Source of the DNA: a virus
Lineage: Duplodnaviria; Caudoviricetes
Direction: 5' to 3' (one strand)
Length of the DNA stretch: 64,000 bases
Virus record (IMG/VR): IMGVR_UViG_3300009103_000025
Span: 1,500 to 65,499 of that record
Shown in pieces: positions 38,740 to 48,530 of the stretch. A program made the position numbers and the translations under genes. Numbering within the stretch: position 1 is the first letter of the stretch; each line of letters begins with the position of its first letter. The notes under the pieces were generated by a model. It made no database searches, was not told the DNA's origin, and saw only the letters and a program-made list of their open reading frames with translations.

Positions 38740-40074
38740 ATGGCAGTTGGCGAACCAGAAATTAGCCTCAATACATGGGGATTAAAATATGTTAGAAAAG
38801 ATGATAAAGGTCAAATTAAAGTTGATGGTGGAAAAGTAGGAGATACATCAGAAAAACCACAGCAAGCTTCTGGTACAACACCAGCAAGTAGCACTGGTAT
38901 TAATATACAACATGAAGATACTTCAAGTTCAGTGGGTGGAAAAGTTGACACTACTACATCATTTGGAGCTGGTCATGCAACAAGACACGCATCAACAGGT
39001 GATCAGGGTCAAGCAAATAGAAGTAATGTTAAACCATCAAAAGCACCATCATCCAAACCAAGTTCAAGTATAACTAATCCAAAAACAAGTAAAAGAGTAC
39101 CAGCAGAAAGTCAAACACATAATAGTGGAACTGGTACAGCAGCTGGAGCATTTACACCAGAAGGTAAAGAAACAACAGCTGGTCATGAAAAACATGGTGA
39201 CAAAGCACCAAGTCGTGGTTATGAATCAAACACTGAAAGAGATGAAAAAGGAAAAGAAGTTCTTGGTAAGAAAGGAAAACCAAAGAAAATAACAGTTCAA
39301 GATGACTCACCAAAAGCACCAAAGTGGACAGGTGGTAGAGCTGGTGGACATAAAATAAATAGAGAAAAACCAGAGCATGGTGGTACACCAAGTGGAGTGG
39401 CATCAACAAGTTTACCAAAGGCAAAAGCAATATTAGAATTAGCCATTAATAAATGTAAATTACTTAAAGCAAAAAGTAATCTCTCAAAAGGTTTGGGTGG
39501 AGAAGGTAGACACACAGCTGGATATCTCAAAGAGATAGAATCAGGTGCACAAAAATTCCTCAAAGATGGTAAAACTGGAGGTAGTGAATCACCAGATAAA
39601 TCTGCTAAAGAATATCTAGAGTCAAATAAAACAAGAACTGGTGCTAAAATACCAGACGAAAAACTAGGAGAATTACCACAAGGTGGTCAAGACAATAGTG
39701 GAAACTCAACTACAACAATCGAAGGCGCAGATGGTAAAGAAAAAGAGATAGAAACAGGCTATAAAAAATGGGAGAAAGAACACAAACAGAAAACAGAAGT
39801 ATTTAATAATGCATTAGAATTAGTCAATCAAACAATAGCAACAATCGAAAAAGATTTTCATCCAGCAGTGGATAGAGACACAGTAGATAAGGATGCAGCT
39901 GCAACTACATCTACACAAGGTATGGCAAATTTTGTTTACTCAGATGTCAAAGAAGATCAAGCAAAAAAGAAAGCAGAAAAACCATTTGGTAAAGTATTAG
40001 ATGAAGAAGGTAGACCAGATGAGTATACAAAAGAAGAGCATGCTGAGCATGACTCAAATAAAGACAAACAGTAA
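38740..40074 (+). CDS. Largely disordered Lys/Gly/Ser-rich protein
   Basis: 444-aa ORF abutting the previous gene. Confidence 0.75.
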   Translation: MAVGEPEISLNTWGLKYVRKDDKGQIKVDGGKVGDTSEKPQQASGTTPASSTGINIQHEDTSSSVGGKVDTTTSFGAGHATRHASTGDQGQANRSNVKPSKAPSSKPSSSITNPKTSKRVPAESQTHNSGTGTAAGAFTPEGKETTAGHEKHGDKAPSRGYESNTERDEKGKEVLGKKGKPKKITVQDDSPKAPKWTGGRAGGHKINREKPEHGGTPSGVASTSLPKAKAILELAINKCKLLKAKSNLSKGLGGEGRHTAGYLKEIESGAQKFLKDGKTGGSESPDKSAKEYLESNKTRTGAKIPDEKLGELPQGGQDNSGNSTTTIEGADGKEKEIETGYKKWEKEHKQKTEVFNNALELVNQTIATIEKDFHPAVDRDTVDKDAAATTSTQGMANFVYSDVKEDQAKKKAEKPFGKVLDEEGRPDEYTKEEHAEHDSNKDKQ

Positions 40075-40125
40075 CCCTTTTATAATAGATTTATAAGATT
40101 AATGTATGAACCGTGATGGTAAAAT

Positions 40126-40266
40126 ATGAGACGTGATGACACTCATTATTGTATAGAATGTGGTACTACCTTACCATGGAGGTATAAGGGAAGACAGCGC
40201 ATATATTGCTCTCAAATGTGTAGAAAACTATATACGGAAAAGAAAAAAGCAGAAAGTAGTGATTAA
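40126..40266 (+). CDS. 46-aa zinc-finger protein
   Basis: CIECG...YCSQMCR. Confidence 0.65.
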   Translation: MRRDDTHYCIECGTTLPWRYKGRQRIYCSQMCRKLYTEKKKAESSD

Positions 40267-40615
40267 GTTATACATAGATGGTGGAACTAGAGGTTCTAGA
40301 ATTTGTCTTGTAGACAGAGATGATGACTTCACCATTGTAAAAACTAGGGGTGCTGGATTGACCAATAATGAACTTGAGTATTTGGCACTAGAATATGCGT
40401 TGAGATATGTTGAAAATAGATATTCAAAAAAAGATGTCACAATACATAGTGATTCAAAACTAGTTGTTAATCAAATCAACGGTGATTGGAGAGTAACAAC
40501 TGAAACATTGAGACCATTATATCTTAAATGTATGAAGAGAATGAATAGTAAAATAAAATTAAAATGGGTAAGGAGAGATTTTAATTTTGCTGGTCATGTT
40601 CTTGAGAAACCTTAG
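40259..40615 (+). CDS. rnhA: Ribonuclease HI
   Basis: LYIDGG, TNNELEY.AL, IHSDSKLVVNQING.W and WVRR..N..A motifs; GTG start at 40259. Confidence 0.9.
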   Translation: MIKLYIDGGTRGSRICLVDRDDDFTIVKTRGAGLTNNELEYLALEYALRYVENRYSKKDVTIHSDSKLVVNQINGDWRVTTETLRPLYLKCMKRMNSKIKLKWVRRDFNFAGHVLEKP

Positions 40616-40820
40616 AAGGATATGTTGAGTGTGGTATTCCTCCCTCTCCAGAGTTTTGTACATAGTACTGAAGAATTCTATTGAATAATGCAGAATCACT
40701 TTCATACAAATCACCAGTCTTTGTTTTTTTAACAAACTTAGCAAATTTTCTGAAAGACTCTTTGTCCTCCCATTTGATACAGATTGTTGTATGTGAATTG
40801 CCTATTTTACGTCTTGCCAT
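40581..40820 (-). CDS. Small DNA-binding protein (RHH-like)
   Basis: HTTICI strand followed by two helices. Confidence 0.55.
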   Translation of the reverse strand: MARRKIGNSHTTICIKWEDKESFRKFAKFVKKTKTGDLYESDSALFNRILQYYVQNSGEGGIPHSTYPSKVSQEHDQQN

Positions 40821-40858
40821 ATATATGGTTTTTTTATTTAATATATAAGGTTTTCTAC

Positions 40859-41707
40859 CTATTCAAACTTGGAGGTAATAACATCTAAAATGCCGTCAAG
40901 TAATTCAAATATACCAATATCATCATTAGTATAACCCTGTATTCCTCCAAAGCCATCATTACCATAGATGATTCTCATTGCCTCTCTATCTGCTACTGGA
41001 ATTCCTATGTCTGGATATTCTTGGAATGGATTCATTTGTGGGTACATTAATGATTCAACTTTTCCTCCTACAGTGTCTTCAATATAATGACCGACACCTA
41101 AAGCATGACCTAACTCATGTTTAATAATACTTGAGAGTGCATCATTTCCTATTGGTTTTGGTGTCATATCAATCTCTACATTTTTTGGTGTTTCGTCATC
41201 ACATCCTATACAGAAACTAAATTTTTGACCTACTTCTATAGATTCTAAATAAATCATAATGAAAGCCCACTGATGACCTGATTTAGAAAAATCTATTTGG
41301 GTATAACCTAATGCACTTTGGTTAGGAATATGTTGACCCATGTTAGACCTATCAAACTCTATGAAAATATTACATTGATGAAAATCAGTAACTAATTTAT
41401 TGTAATGGTCTTCAAAAGGAATTAATTGTTGATGGATAACCCAGCCAGTAGGCTTGTGATGTTTTAAACCCTTTGTGTAATCATACATCGCTTCAGACCA
41501 AGCAAAAACTGCCTTATTTGCAACCTCTACATCATTCTCATGGAATCTAAATTGGAGTGTTGGTTCTGGTTCCATTATACAAACCATAGGATTGTCTTTA
41601 TGGGCTATTCCCATAGTCTCTAGTTTATCAGCGTTAGCACTGATAATCCCTGCCAATGTAATGATGCCTACTATAATAAGACCACAGGTTATCATAAATC
41701 TATCCAT
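40859..41707 (-). CDS. Membrane-anchored/secreted metzincin (matrixin-like) protease
   Basis: N-terminal hydrophobic helix; HELGHALGVGH; Met-turn SLMYP. Confidence 0.85.
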   Translation of the reverse strand: MDRFMITCGLIIVGIITLAGIISANADKLETMGIAHKDNPMVCIMEPEPTLQFRFHENDVEVANKAVFAWSEAMYDYTKGLKHHKPTGWVIHQQLIPFEDHYNKLVTDFHQCNIFIEFDRSNMGQHIPNQSALGYTQIDFSKSGHQWAFIMIYLESIEVGQKFSFCIGCDDETPKNVEIDMTPKPIGNDALSSIIKHELGHALGVGHYIEDTVGGKVESLMYPQMNPFQEYPDIGIPVADREAMRIIYGNDGFGGIQGYTNDDIGIFELLDGILDVITSKFE

Positions 41708-41757
41708 ATTATTTTCCAGTTAGTAACCCTTATATATTTAACCGTTATATGACTTCT

Positions 41758-42171
41758 ATGGGAACAAAAATCAAAGCAAAATTTGATGGAAACTGTAAGA
41801 TATGTGGAAACCAGTGGGCTGTAGGAGATGAGATATGTTATCAAAAAACACCTAAAGCCATATGTGTTGACCTAGAATGTTTCTCTCAACAGGGAGGAAG
41901 TCTTAGTACACCAAGAACTGGTAGTGGATTCGGTAATCCAGCAAACATAATAATCACAAAAGTTCCAGAGGTTCAGATTTCTGAGGACACTAAGATTATT
42001 GGAGGTTTGTGGAAACAATATTTTAGAGAGGCTCATGAGCTAACAAAACAAGTTTATCCACAAGAGGATGTTAACAGTGATAGATTTGGTATGATTAGAC
42101 AAACAGTATTAAATCAACTAGTTCACTTAGCTGGTGTCGTTGTTGCAAAAGCAAACGGTACTTCTGAGTAG
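41758..42171 (+). CDS. Zinc-ribbon protein
   Basis: KAKFDGNCKICG...CVDLEC; start set 39 nt after GTTAGTAACCCTTATATAT (41719). Confidence 0.75.
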   Translation: MGTKIKAKFDGNCKICGNQWAVGDEICYQKTPKAICVDLECFSQQGGSLSTPRTGSGFGNPANIIITKVPEVQISEDTKIIGGLWKQYFREAHELTKQVYPQEDVNSDRFGMIRQTVLNQLVHLAGVVVAKANGTSE

Positions 42172-42209
42172 TTAGTAACTCTTATATATTACCTACACAT
42201 ATCATAATT

Positions 42210-42545
42210 ATGCATGTATCAGAAGTTCTAGAAATAGATTCAAGTACAGGTAATTCTACTCCACTAACCGTGGGAGAGAAGATAGTCGTTCAAGGTTTCA
42301 AGATTAAACATGTTGAAGACCTTGATGCAGACGTGGCTGAAATTTCAACCACAAATGGAATGAGACATTCTTTTGGCAAGGCAATAGTCGGACAAGCAAA
42401 ATCTGATTATTGGATAAAAGCAGTAAAAGAATGTGTCAAGAAAGATGCATCAGACGGCTTAGATTGTTGGGTGGTTGAAATGGAAGCAGAAAAGACTGGC
42501 AGACCTATGTTAAGTTTAAGTATGTTCCAACCTAAAAACCACTAA
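42210..42545 (+). CDS. Hypothetical beta-rich protein (possible ssDNA-binding)
   Basis: Own GTTAGTAA promoter (42171) and T-tract; the function is a guess from context. Confidence 0.65.
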   Translation: MHVSEVLEIDSSTGNSTPLTVGEKIVVQGFKIKHVEDLDADVAEISTTNGMRHSFGKAIVGQAKSDYWIKAVKECVKKDASDGLDCWVVEMEAEKTGRPMLSLSMFQPKNH

Positions 42546-42658
42546 CATCCTTCTTTTTTTATTATGAACCAATATAATAAACGGTATATGGTAGAGAAAA
42601 TAGAGAGACCATATCAATGGTATCTTGATTGGCTTAGAAAGAAGGGATTTACTAAAAA

Positions 42659-42766
42659 ATGAAATGTGATAGATGTGGAAAAGAGATGAAAAAAATGACA
42701 GTATGTCACCAAATATGTGATAATTGTGGTGCTGTTGTAGACTGTTCTGATGGAGTTTTTGATTAA
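42659..42766 (+). CDS. 35-aa CxxCG zinc-finger mini-protein
   Basis: MKCDRCG...ICDNCGAVVDCSD; TAATG coupling. Confidence 0.6.
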   Translation: MKCDRCGKEMKKMTVCHQICDNCGAVVDCSDGVFD

Positions 42767-43074
42767 TGGTTAAATTTGAACAATTACCTAATGGAAAATG
42801 GAAGCCTATTAAAGAATATAAGCCTACCTATAAAGATGGTAAGAGAAAATACCATTGGGATGACCCAATCTATCAGAAAAAAGTGCAAAAAGCATTAGCG
42901 TCGATACAAAAAGAATGTCAGTTTTGTGGGGAGTATACACTAGCAGACCCATGCATACATCACCTACCTGATGGTTATAAAAATGATATGAGACGCAGAG
43001 CATATTATAAAAAACTAAAAGCTGAAAGAAATTCTGTAATTGAAGAAACAACAAAAGCAGATACACTTGATTAA
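42766..43074 (+). CDS. Hypothetical protein with CQFC..CIHH
   Basis: 102-aa ORF. Confidence 0.65.
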   Translation: MVKFEQLPNGKWKPIKEYKPTYKDGKRKYHWDDPIYQKKVQKALASIQKECQFCGEYTLADPCIHHLPDGYKNDMRRRAYYKKLKAERNSVIEETTKADTLD

Positions 43075-43138
43075 AAAACGCCTTAACTAAGGTTAGTAAT
43101 GCTTATAAGTAAGGATATCGCAGTCTAAGTAACGAAAA

Positions 43139-43987
43139 ATGTTTAGCAAAAAAGTGATAATTGACCTTCATGACTTAGGGTTGAAGATGGATTCTATAAT
43201 CCACGTTGAACCATTAGGAGATGAACATTTTGGTCATGTCGGAACTGACATGGACTTAATTAAAAAGGCAATTAAAAGAATATCAAATGCAAAAAACAGA
43301 TTCACCGTTTTCATGGGTGACCAACTGGATGCAATTAATATCTATGATAAGAGGTATAATCCAGACTCAGTTTTAACTCATGAAATTGATGACCAAAGAC
43401 AAAACTGGCAAGACGCACATGAGCCTCTATTTGAAATTCAAAGAGAGATTCGAAAAAAATACAAACAGTTTGAATATCCAATTACTAAAAACGAGAAAAT
43501 ACTAGGATTACTACATGGTAATCATGAGTATAAAATAAGAGAGCTTAATAGAACATATATTGAGAACCTTATGTGTAGACCAAATGGTATAGACTTCTTA
43601 GGAAGTAGAGCCACAATCGGTATATCAGTACAATGGAAAGGTAAAGTTCTAAACGAATGGACTATAGCATTAATGCATGGTTCTGGAGGAGGACAGCCTG
43701 AAACAATGTTACGTGATATGAAGAAAAATTGGTATTCAGATGTATTCCTTTGTGGACATCTTCACCAGAAGAGATACCACACGGAAATTGTAAATGACTT
43801 CAACTGGGAGACTGGCAAATGTGAAGAACGCTCAATTCACTTAGCAAATACTGGTTCTTTCCAATCAACTACAACTGACGGAGTAGATGGATATATGGAT
43901 AGAAAGAATGGTCTCGTAGGAGGTCAAACAGGCACAATTACTATCTCATTTGAGGGATATTCTGGAAAGGTGAGTGGTCATATATGA
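43139..43987 (+). CDS. Calcineurin-like metallophosphoesterase
   Basis: GDEHFG, MGDQLD, GNHE, MHG, GHLH. Confidence 0.9.
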   Translation: MFSKKVIIDLHDLGLKMDSIIHVEPLGDEHFGHVGTDMDLIKKAIKRISNAKNRFTVFMGDQLDAINIYDKRYNPDSVLTHEIDDQRQNWQDAHEPLFEIQREIRKKYKQFEYPITKNEKILGLLHGNHEYKIRELNRTYIENLMCRPNGIDFLGSRATIGISVQWKGKVLNEWTIALMHGSGGGQPETMLRDMKKNWYSDVFLCGHLHQKRYHTEIVNDFNWETGKCEERSIHLANTGSFQSTTTDGVDGYMDRKNGLVGGQTGTITISFEGYSGKVSGHI

Positions 43988-44271
43988 GACGTGCACAACG
44001 TAACAACCAAGGTCAACAATTAGTTGATAAGGATGATGATTCACCAAAAATACCAGCATATGAGAGAGTTAGAAGGTCAGTTATAGATGTTATAGAAGAG
44101 TCTGGTGATTATGGTATGACTGCTGGAGACTTGTATAAGTCTTGTTCAGAGATAGATGCCAGAAGAATCAGAGAGGCTGTACAGTCTTTAAAAGGTCGTG
44201 AGGAGATTTTCGGTGAGAAGTGTCGATGTGGTTGCGCAACTATCTACAGACTTAAAAAATATGACAGATAG
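43984..44271 (+). CDS. Winged-helix-like DNA-binding protein
   Basis: GMTAGDL...IREAVQSL pattern; C-terminal CRCGC. Confidence 0.55.
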   Translation: MRRAQRNNQGQQLVDKDDDSPKIPAYERVRRSVIDVIEESGDYGMTAGDLYKSCSEIDARRIREAVQSLKGREEIFGEKCRCGCATIYRLKKYDR

Positions 44272-44344
44272 TCAGCGAACCCAATCCTATTTTTTATAAA
44301 TGAGTGTTAGCAAAAGTTAAATACTCTCCACTCTTAGAGACTCT

Positions 44345-44548
44345 ATGTTTATCAAAATTACATGGAAAAATTCAAAAGGAGAGGACATGATGACACTCGT
44401 TGAACACACTAAAGTACAAGGTTTTATAAATGGTTTTGAAGAAAGACAGGTGGAACCATCATTAGATGTACCTGAAGAAATGACTCTTACGGAGTCTTCT
44501 ATCGGAAAACTAGAAGAAGCTTTAACTAGAGAAGAAATTCTTAACTAA
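44345..44548 (+). CDS. Hypothetical protein
   Basis: ATG 39 nt after GTTAGCAAAAGTTAAATA. Confidence 0.65.
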   Translation: MFIKITWKNSKGEDMMTLVEHTKVQGFINGFEERQVEPSLDVPEEMTLTESSIGKLEEALTREEILN

Positions 44549-44604
44549 GTTAATTTAGTTAAGTTAGTTAGCTAAGTGTTAGTTATGGTTAGTAAGCCTT
44601 ATAT
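44540..44604 (+). promoter_or_regulatory. TTAG/GTTAG repeat tract fused to the promoter of the MCM operon
   Basis: CTTAACTAAGTTAATTTAGTTAAGTTAGTTAGCTAAGTGTTAGTTATGGTTAGTAAGCCTTATAT. Confidence 0.6.
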
Positions 44605-44627
44605 GTATCTCATACATATCATATAAT

Positions 44628-44960
44628 ATGCAATTCAAAAGATCAACTGTAACAATTTCTGTAGGTGCCAATGCTCAGAAGATTTTTGAACAGTTAGATA
44701 AAATAAGACCATCACATATGAGTATGTCATTATTCATTGCAAGTATTGCTGATGAATATGTAAAAACTCATGGTAATAATTCTAACCTTCTGGATTTTGC
44801 AGAAATGAACGTAGAAGCAAGTTTACCACTATTTTACGCACCTATACAAAAGTGGGAGGAAAAAGTAAGAACCATGTCATCTGAGGACTTTATCAAATTA
44901 CAACAGAGACATGACCAATTAGGAAATATGATTAGGACATACGAGGCACGAAAATTATGA
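44628..44960 (+). CDS. RHH/CopG-like regulator
   Basis: TVTISV strand plus SMSLFIASIADEYV helix; ATGA overlap with mcm. Confidence 0.6.
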   Translation: MQFKRSTVTISVGANAQKIFEQLDKIRPSHMSMSLFIASIADEYVKTHGNNSNLLDFAEMNVEASLPLFYAPIQKWEEKVRTMSSEDFIKLQQRHDQLGNMIRTYEARKL

Positions 44961-46912
44961 GTGAAACTCAATATACTGAATCAGCACAGGTTGATAGAAT
45001 AAAAGAACTTCTAATGACCAATGAGTGGATTGACCAAATTGATAGGTTAAGACCTACTGATAGCCTAACCATAGATGTATCTGACCCTAAATGGGTAGAT
45101 ATTTTCCTTTATGATGAGGGAGGTTTTACCGATTTTGCAAGAAGAGCAATTCAAGAAATTCTTCAGCAAAAACACGTAGGTATAGACATCTCAAAAACAT
45201 TTGGTAGATTAAAAATCAGATTAGCATCTGAGAAATTAATTCCTATGGAGGAAATTAACTCTAAGAAAGAGGGTGAAAGTGTATCTTTCACATGTAATAT
45301 AATTGGAACCGATGCACCAAAAACATTTGTCAAAGAGGCTGATGTTATGTGTGACCAGTGTTTCACTGTAGAGCATGTTAAGGCTGGATTTGATAGGATT
45401 TTACCTACATTAATGTGTATGAATCCATCATGTAAAGGCAATAGAATGGATGTTCAAAAAACTGGCTTAGTAACAGAAGATATCCAAACACTCATTCTTC
45501 AACAACCATTAGAAAATGCAACTAAGAACTCACCAATAACATTCTATGGTAAAGTGACAGCAGACCAAGTAGGAACTTCATTTGTAGGTCAACGTAAGAA
45601 TATAATTGGCATATTCAGAAGTATTATTGACCCAAAGAAAGATGAAAATGAGGTATTAATTGATGTGTTATCAATAACTGATGTTGATGATGTAGAGGAA
45701 ATAGTTCCTACTCAAGCAGAAGAGGAACAAATTAAGAAGGATGTCAAAGATGAAGACTTTGTTGAGAAACTAAAAAACAGTTTTGCACCTCATATTTACG
45801 GATATGATGACATTAAACTGTCATGTATACTCCAATTACTGGGGGGTGTACCATCAAAGAAACGTGCAGATATTAACATCCTATTAGTGGGTGACCCATC
45901 AATGGCAAAATCTGAGCTATTGAAATATGGTAATCTGGTAACCCAGAAATCAATATACACATCTGGTAAAGGAACTACCAGTGCTGGTCTAACAATCGGT
46001 ATGGTAAAATTACATGATGGTAGAATGATAGCACAGGCTGGTGTTTTACCACTTTGTAATAACGGTCATGCATTTATTGATGAGTTTGACAAAATGAATA
46101 AAGATGATAGAAGTTCAATGCATGAGGCAATGGAACAGCAAACAGTATCAATAGCAAAAGCTGGTGTCACAATGACATTAGATGCAAAGGCATCAATTCT
46201 GGCAGCTGCAAACCCAAAGTTTGGTACTTATGATAGTAATCTATCATTAATGGATAACATAAACATACCAAGTCCATTACTATCTAGATTTGATTTAATC
46301 TGGCTAATAAAAGACAAAGTAAGTTTAGTCGAAGACAATGCAAAAGCAAATCACATATTAGATGGATTTGCATCAAACGAACCAGATAAATCATGTAGAT
46401 TTACTGAGAGACAATTAACAGCATTTGTTAATATGGCAAAAAAATGTACACCAGAACTCACAAGAGAAGTTCGTGATGAAATTGTCAGAATATATGAGAA
46501 ACTAAGGCAAGCATCAAACGAGCAATTCACTGTAGGAATAAGACAGTTAGAGGCTTTGGTTAGACTTTCTATGGCTCATGCAAAAATGAGATTGAAAGAT
46601 AAGGTAGAAATAGAAGATATAACAGCAGTCCGTGATTTGTTAGTATCAATGTATGCACACTTTGACATAGATATATCACAAGGAGGTTCACAAGCTAAAT
46701 TGTTTACCACTGGTACTATGACAAAAGAACAGAAATATCATACATTATGGTCTGAGTGCGCAGATAAAAACGGAAAGGTTAAATTGCAAGACTTTATGAA
46801 AAAGTTAGAGGAGAATGGATTATCAAACCTTGAAGCAGTTAAACTATTTCATAGATGGGAGAACACAAACACAATAAAGTTGATGGCAGATGGCACGTAC
46901 AAAAAAACCTGA
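44957..46912 (+). CDS. mcm: MCM replicative helicase
   Basis: Zn finger, GDPSMAKS, IDEFDKM, LLSRFD, sensor 2 IRQLEAL; no intein evident. Confidence 0.97.
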   Translation: MSETQYTESAQVDRIKELLMTNEWIDQIDRLRPTDSLTIDVSDPKWVDIFLYDEGGFTDFARRAIQEILQQKHVGIDISKTFGRLKIRLASEKLIPMEEINSKKEGESVSFTCNIIGTDAPKTFVKEADVMCDQCFTVEHVKAGFDRILPTLMCMNPSCKGNRMDVQKTGLVTEDIQTLILQQPLENATKNSPITFYGKVTADQVGTSFVGQRKNIIGIFRSIIDPKKDENEVLIDVLSITDVDDVEEIVPTQAEEEQIKKDVKDEDFVEKLKNSFAPHIYGYDDIKLSCILQLLGGVPSKKRADINILLVGDPSMAKSELLKYGNLVTQKSIYTSGKGTTSAGLTIGMVKLHDGRMIAQAGVLPLCNNGHAFIDEFDKMNKDDRSSMHEAMEQQTVSIAKAGVTMTLDAKASILAAANPKFGTYDSNLSLMDNINIPSPLLSRFDLIWLIKDKVSLVEDNAKANHILDGFASNEPDKSCRFTERQLTAFVNMAKKCTPELTREVRDEIVRIYEKLRQASNEQFTVGIRQLEALVRLSMAHAKMRLKDKVEIEDITAVRDLLVSMYAHFDIDISQGGSQAKLFTTGTMTKEQKYHTLWSECADKNGKVKLQDFMKKLEENGLSNLEAVKLFHRWENTNTIKLMADGTYKKT

Positions 46913-47957
46913 TAGCAACCCTTATAAGGTAGATGATGATAAGGAGAATATGTCTGGGGTCGAGGAAATAGCAAAAGCTGACGCTCAAGAAGAGCAAGTA
47001 CTTGACCTAGGCATCTCTCAACTAGATGGTGTCGGAGCTGTCACAGCTAAGAAACTAACTGACTTTGGCGTATCATCTCTAATTGATATCTGTATTAGGG
47101 GAGGTAGAGAAATATCTGAAATTACAGGTGTTGCAAAATCCAAAGCAGATGGTTGGGTTTTTAATGCTCAGAAAATATTAGAAGAGAACAATCTAATAAG
47201 AAAATCTGACATGGATGTAATAGATTTAATGGAATATCAGGCAAATTACCCTACCTTAGAAACCAAATGTACTGCAATAGATGAGTTATTTGGAGGAGGA
47301 GTAAAGCCAGAATGTACATATGAAGTATATGGAGAATTCGGTTCTGGTAAAACACAATTCTGTAATACACTCACATCTCAAGCAATAAATGATGGTGAGA
47401 ATGTAGTATGGATTGATTGTGAAGATACTTTCAGACCTACAAGAATATTAGAAATAATGAAAGCAAGAGAATATGTTGAAACAAGAGAGGATATGGAAAA
47501 GGCATTAGGTCGTATACAATATTATTATACTCCAAATACTGAGCAACTTCTAGGAACTATTAATGCATTATCAAAAATAATGGAGGAAAAAAGACCAAGA
47601 TTGGTAATCATAGATGGTGCTATAGGACAATTTAGGGAGGAATATCTAGGTAGAGGAACTCTAGCAGATAGGCAAAACCAAATTGCAAGACTAATGACTC
47701 ATATCAAAAACATATCATATTATTTTAGAACAACTGTTATCTACACAAATCAAGTACAAACAGACCCATCAGTTATGTTTGGAGACCCAGTAAAACCTAT
47801 TGGGGGTAATGTTGTAGGTCATGCAGCTACTTATCGTATTTATTTTAAGAAATCAGGCAAAAAAAGAATAGCAAGAATGGTTGATTCACCAGAACATCCA
47901 CAAGCAGATGCAGAATTTGCCCTCACAGAGAAGGGTATTGAAGACAAAGAAGATTAA
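46890..47957 (+). CDS. radA: Archaeal RadA recombinase
   Basis: N-terminal HhH, GEFGSGKTQ, IDCEDTFRP, GRGTLADRQ, RIARMVDSP. Confidence 0.97.
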   Translation: MARTKKPDSNPYKVDDDKENMSGVEEIAKADAQEEQVLDLGISQLDGVGAVTAKKLTDFGVSSLIDICIRGGREISEITGVAKSKADGWVFNAQKILEENNLIRKSDMDVIDLMEYQANYPTLETKCTAIDELFGGGVKPECTYEVYGEFGSGKTQFCNTLTSQAINDGENVVWIDCEDTFRPTRILEIMKAREYVETREDMEKALGRIQYYYTPNTEQLLGTINALSKIMEEKRPRLVIIDGAIGQFREEYLGRGTLADRQNQIARLMTHIKNISYYFRTTVIYTNQVQTDPSVMFGDPVKPIGGNVVGHAATYRIYFKKSGKKRIARMVDSPEHPQADAEFALTEKGIEDKED

Positions 47958-47980
47958 ATACTATGTATGCCTAACCATAA

Positions 47981-48078
47981 TGTGTGGCTAGAGCATGATT
48001 ATAAACATACAACACCATGTGAAAACATGCCAAGGTTTAACTAATCGTTTCCCTGCATTGATGCCACATTATTTTTTC
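47981..48078 (+). ncRNA. Candidate structured ncRNA 2
   Basis: TTAAATA box ~28 nt upstream; five nested stems capped by a GAAA tetraloop; T-tract downstream. Confidence 0.55.
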
Positions 48079-48098
48079 TTTGGGGGTAATTAAACATT

Positions 48099-48530
48099 AT
48101 GAACCCAAGAGAAAGAATGAGACAATCTAACAGACGAGCTGTAAACCATCTTTTATCCAAAGGATATGATGATATCTGGTTGAAACCACATGGTAGAAGA
48201 CAAGATTTAGTATATACTTTAGGTGAATGGTATAGAGCACTTGACTTATGGAATCTATTTGATGGAATATGTTTTGACCCACTCGGTAATATAGTCCTAA
48301 TTCAAATAAAAACAAATGCATGGGCTCAAGCAAAACCAATAACAGATTTCTTAGCAAACAAAAACAACCTTAAAGCATTAGTTATAAATGTAAAGGTTAC
48401 AGGTAAAAAATGGGAGGTACTTATTAGAGAATATGAATCCAATAATAGGAAAAGGCGAAAAAACTGCTCTCTCCGTCGTAACAGAATTGTTCGGAGAAAA
48501 CGCATATTATCTAACACAGGTACCGTTTAA
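48099..48530 (+). CDS. Hjc-like Holliday junction resolvase / PD-(D/E)XK nuclease
   Basis: L..KGY, DLWNLFDGI, LIQIKT. Confidence 0.7.
   Translation: MNPRERMRQSNRRAVNHLLSKGYDDIWLKPHGRRQDLVYTLGEWYRALDLWNLFDGICFDPLGNIVLIQIKTNAWAQAKPITDFLANKNNLKALVINVKVTGKKWEVLIREYESNNRKRRKNCSLRRNRIVRRKRILSNTGTV

Noticed and set aside
40160-40258. N-terminal extension of RNase H in the ORF track
   Set aside because: It overlaps a better zinc-finger ORF (40126-40266); the catalytic domain begins at GTG 40259
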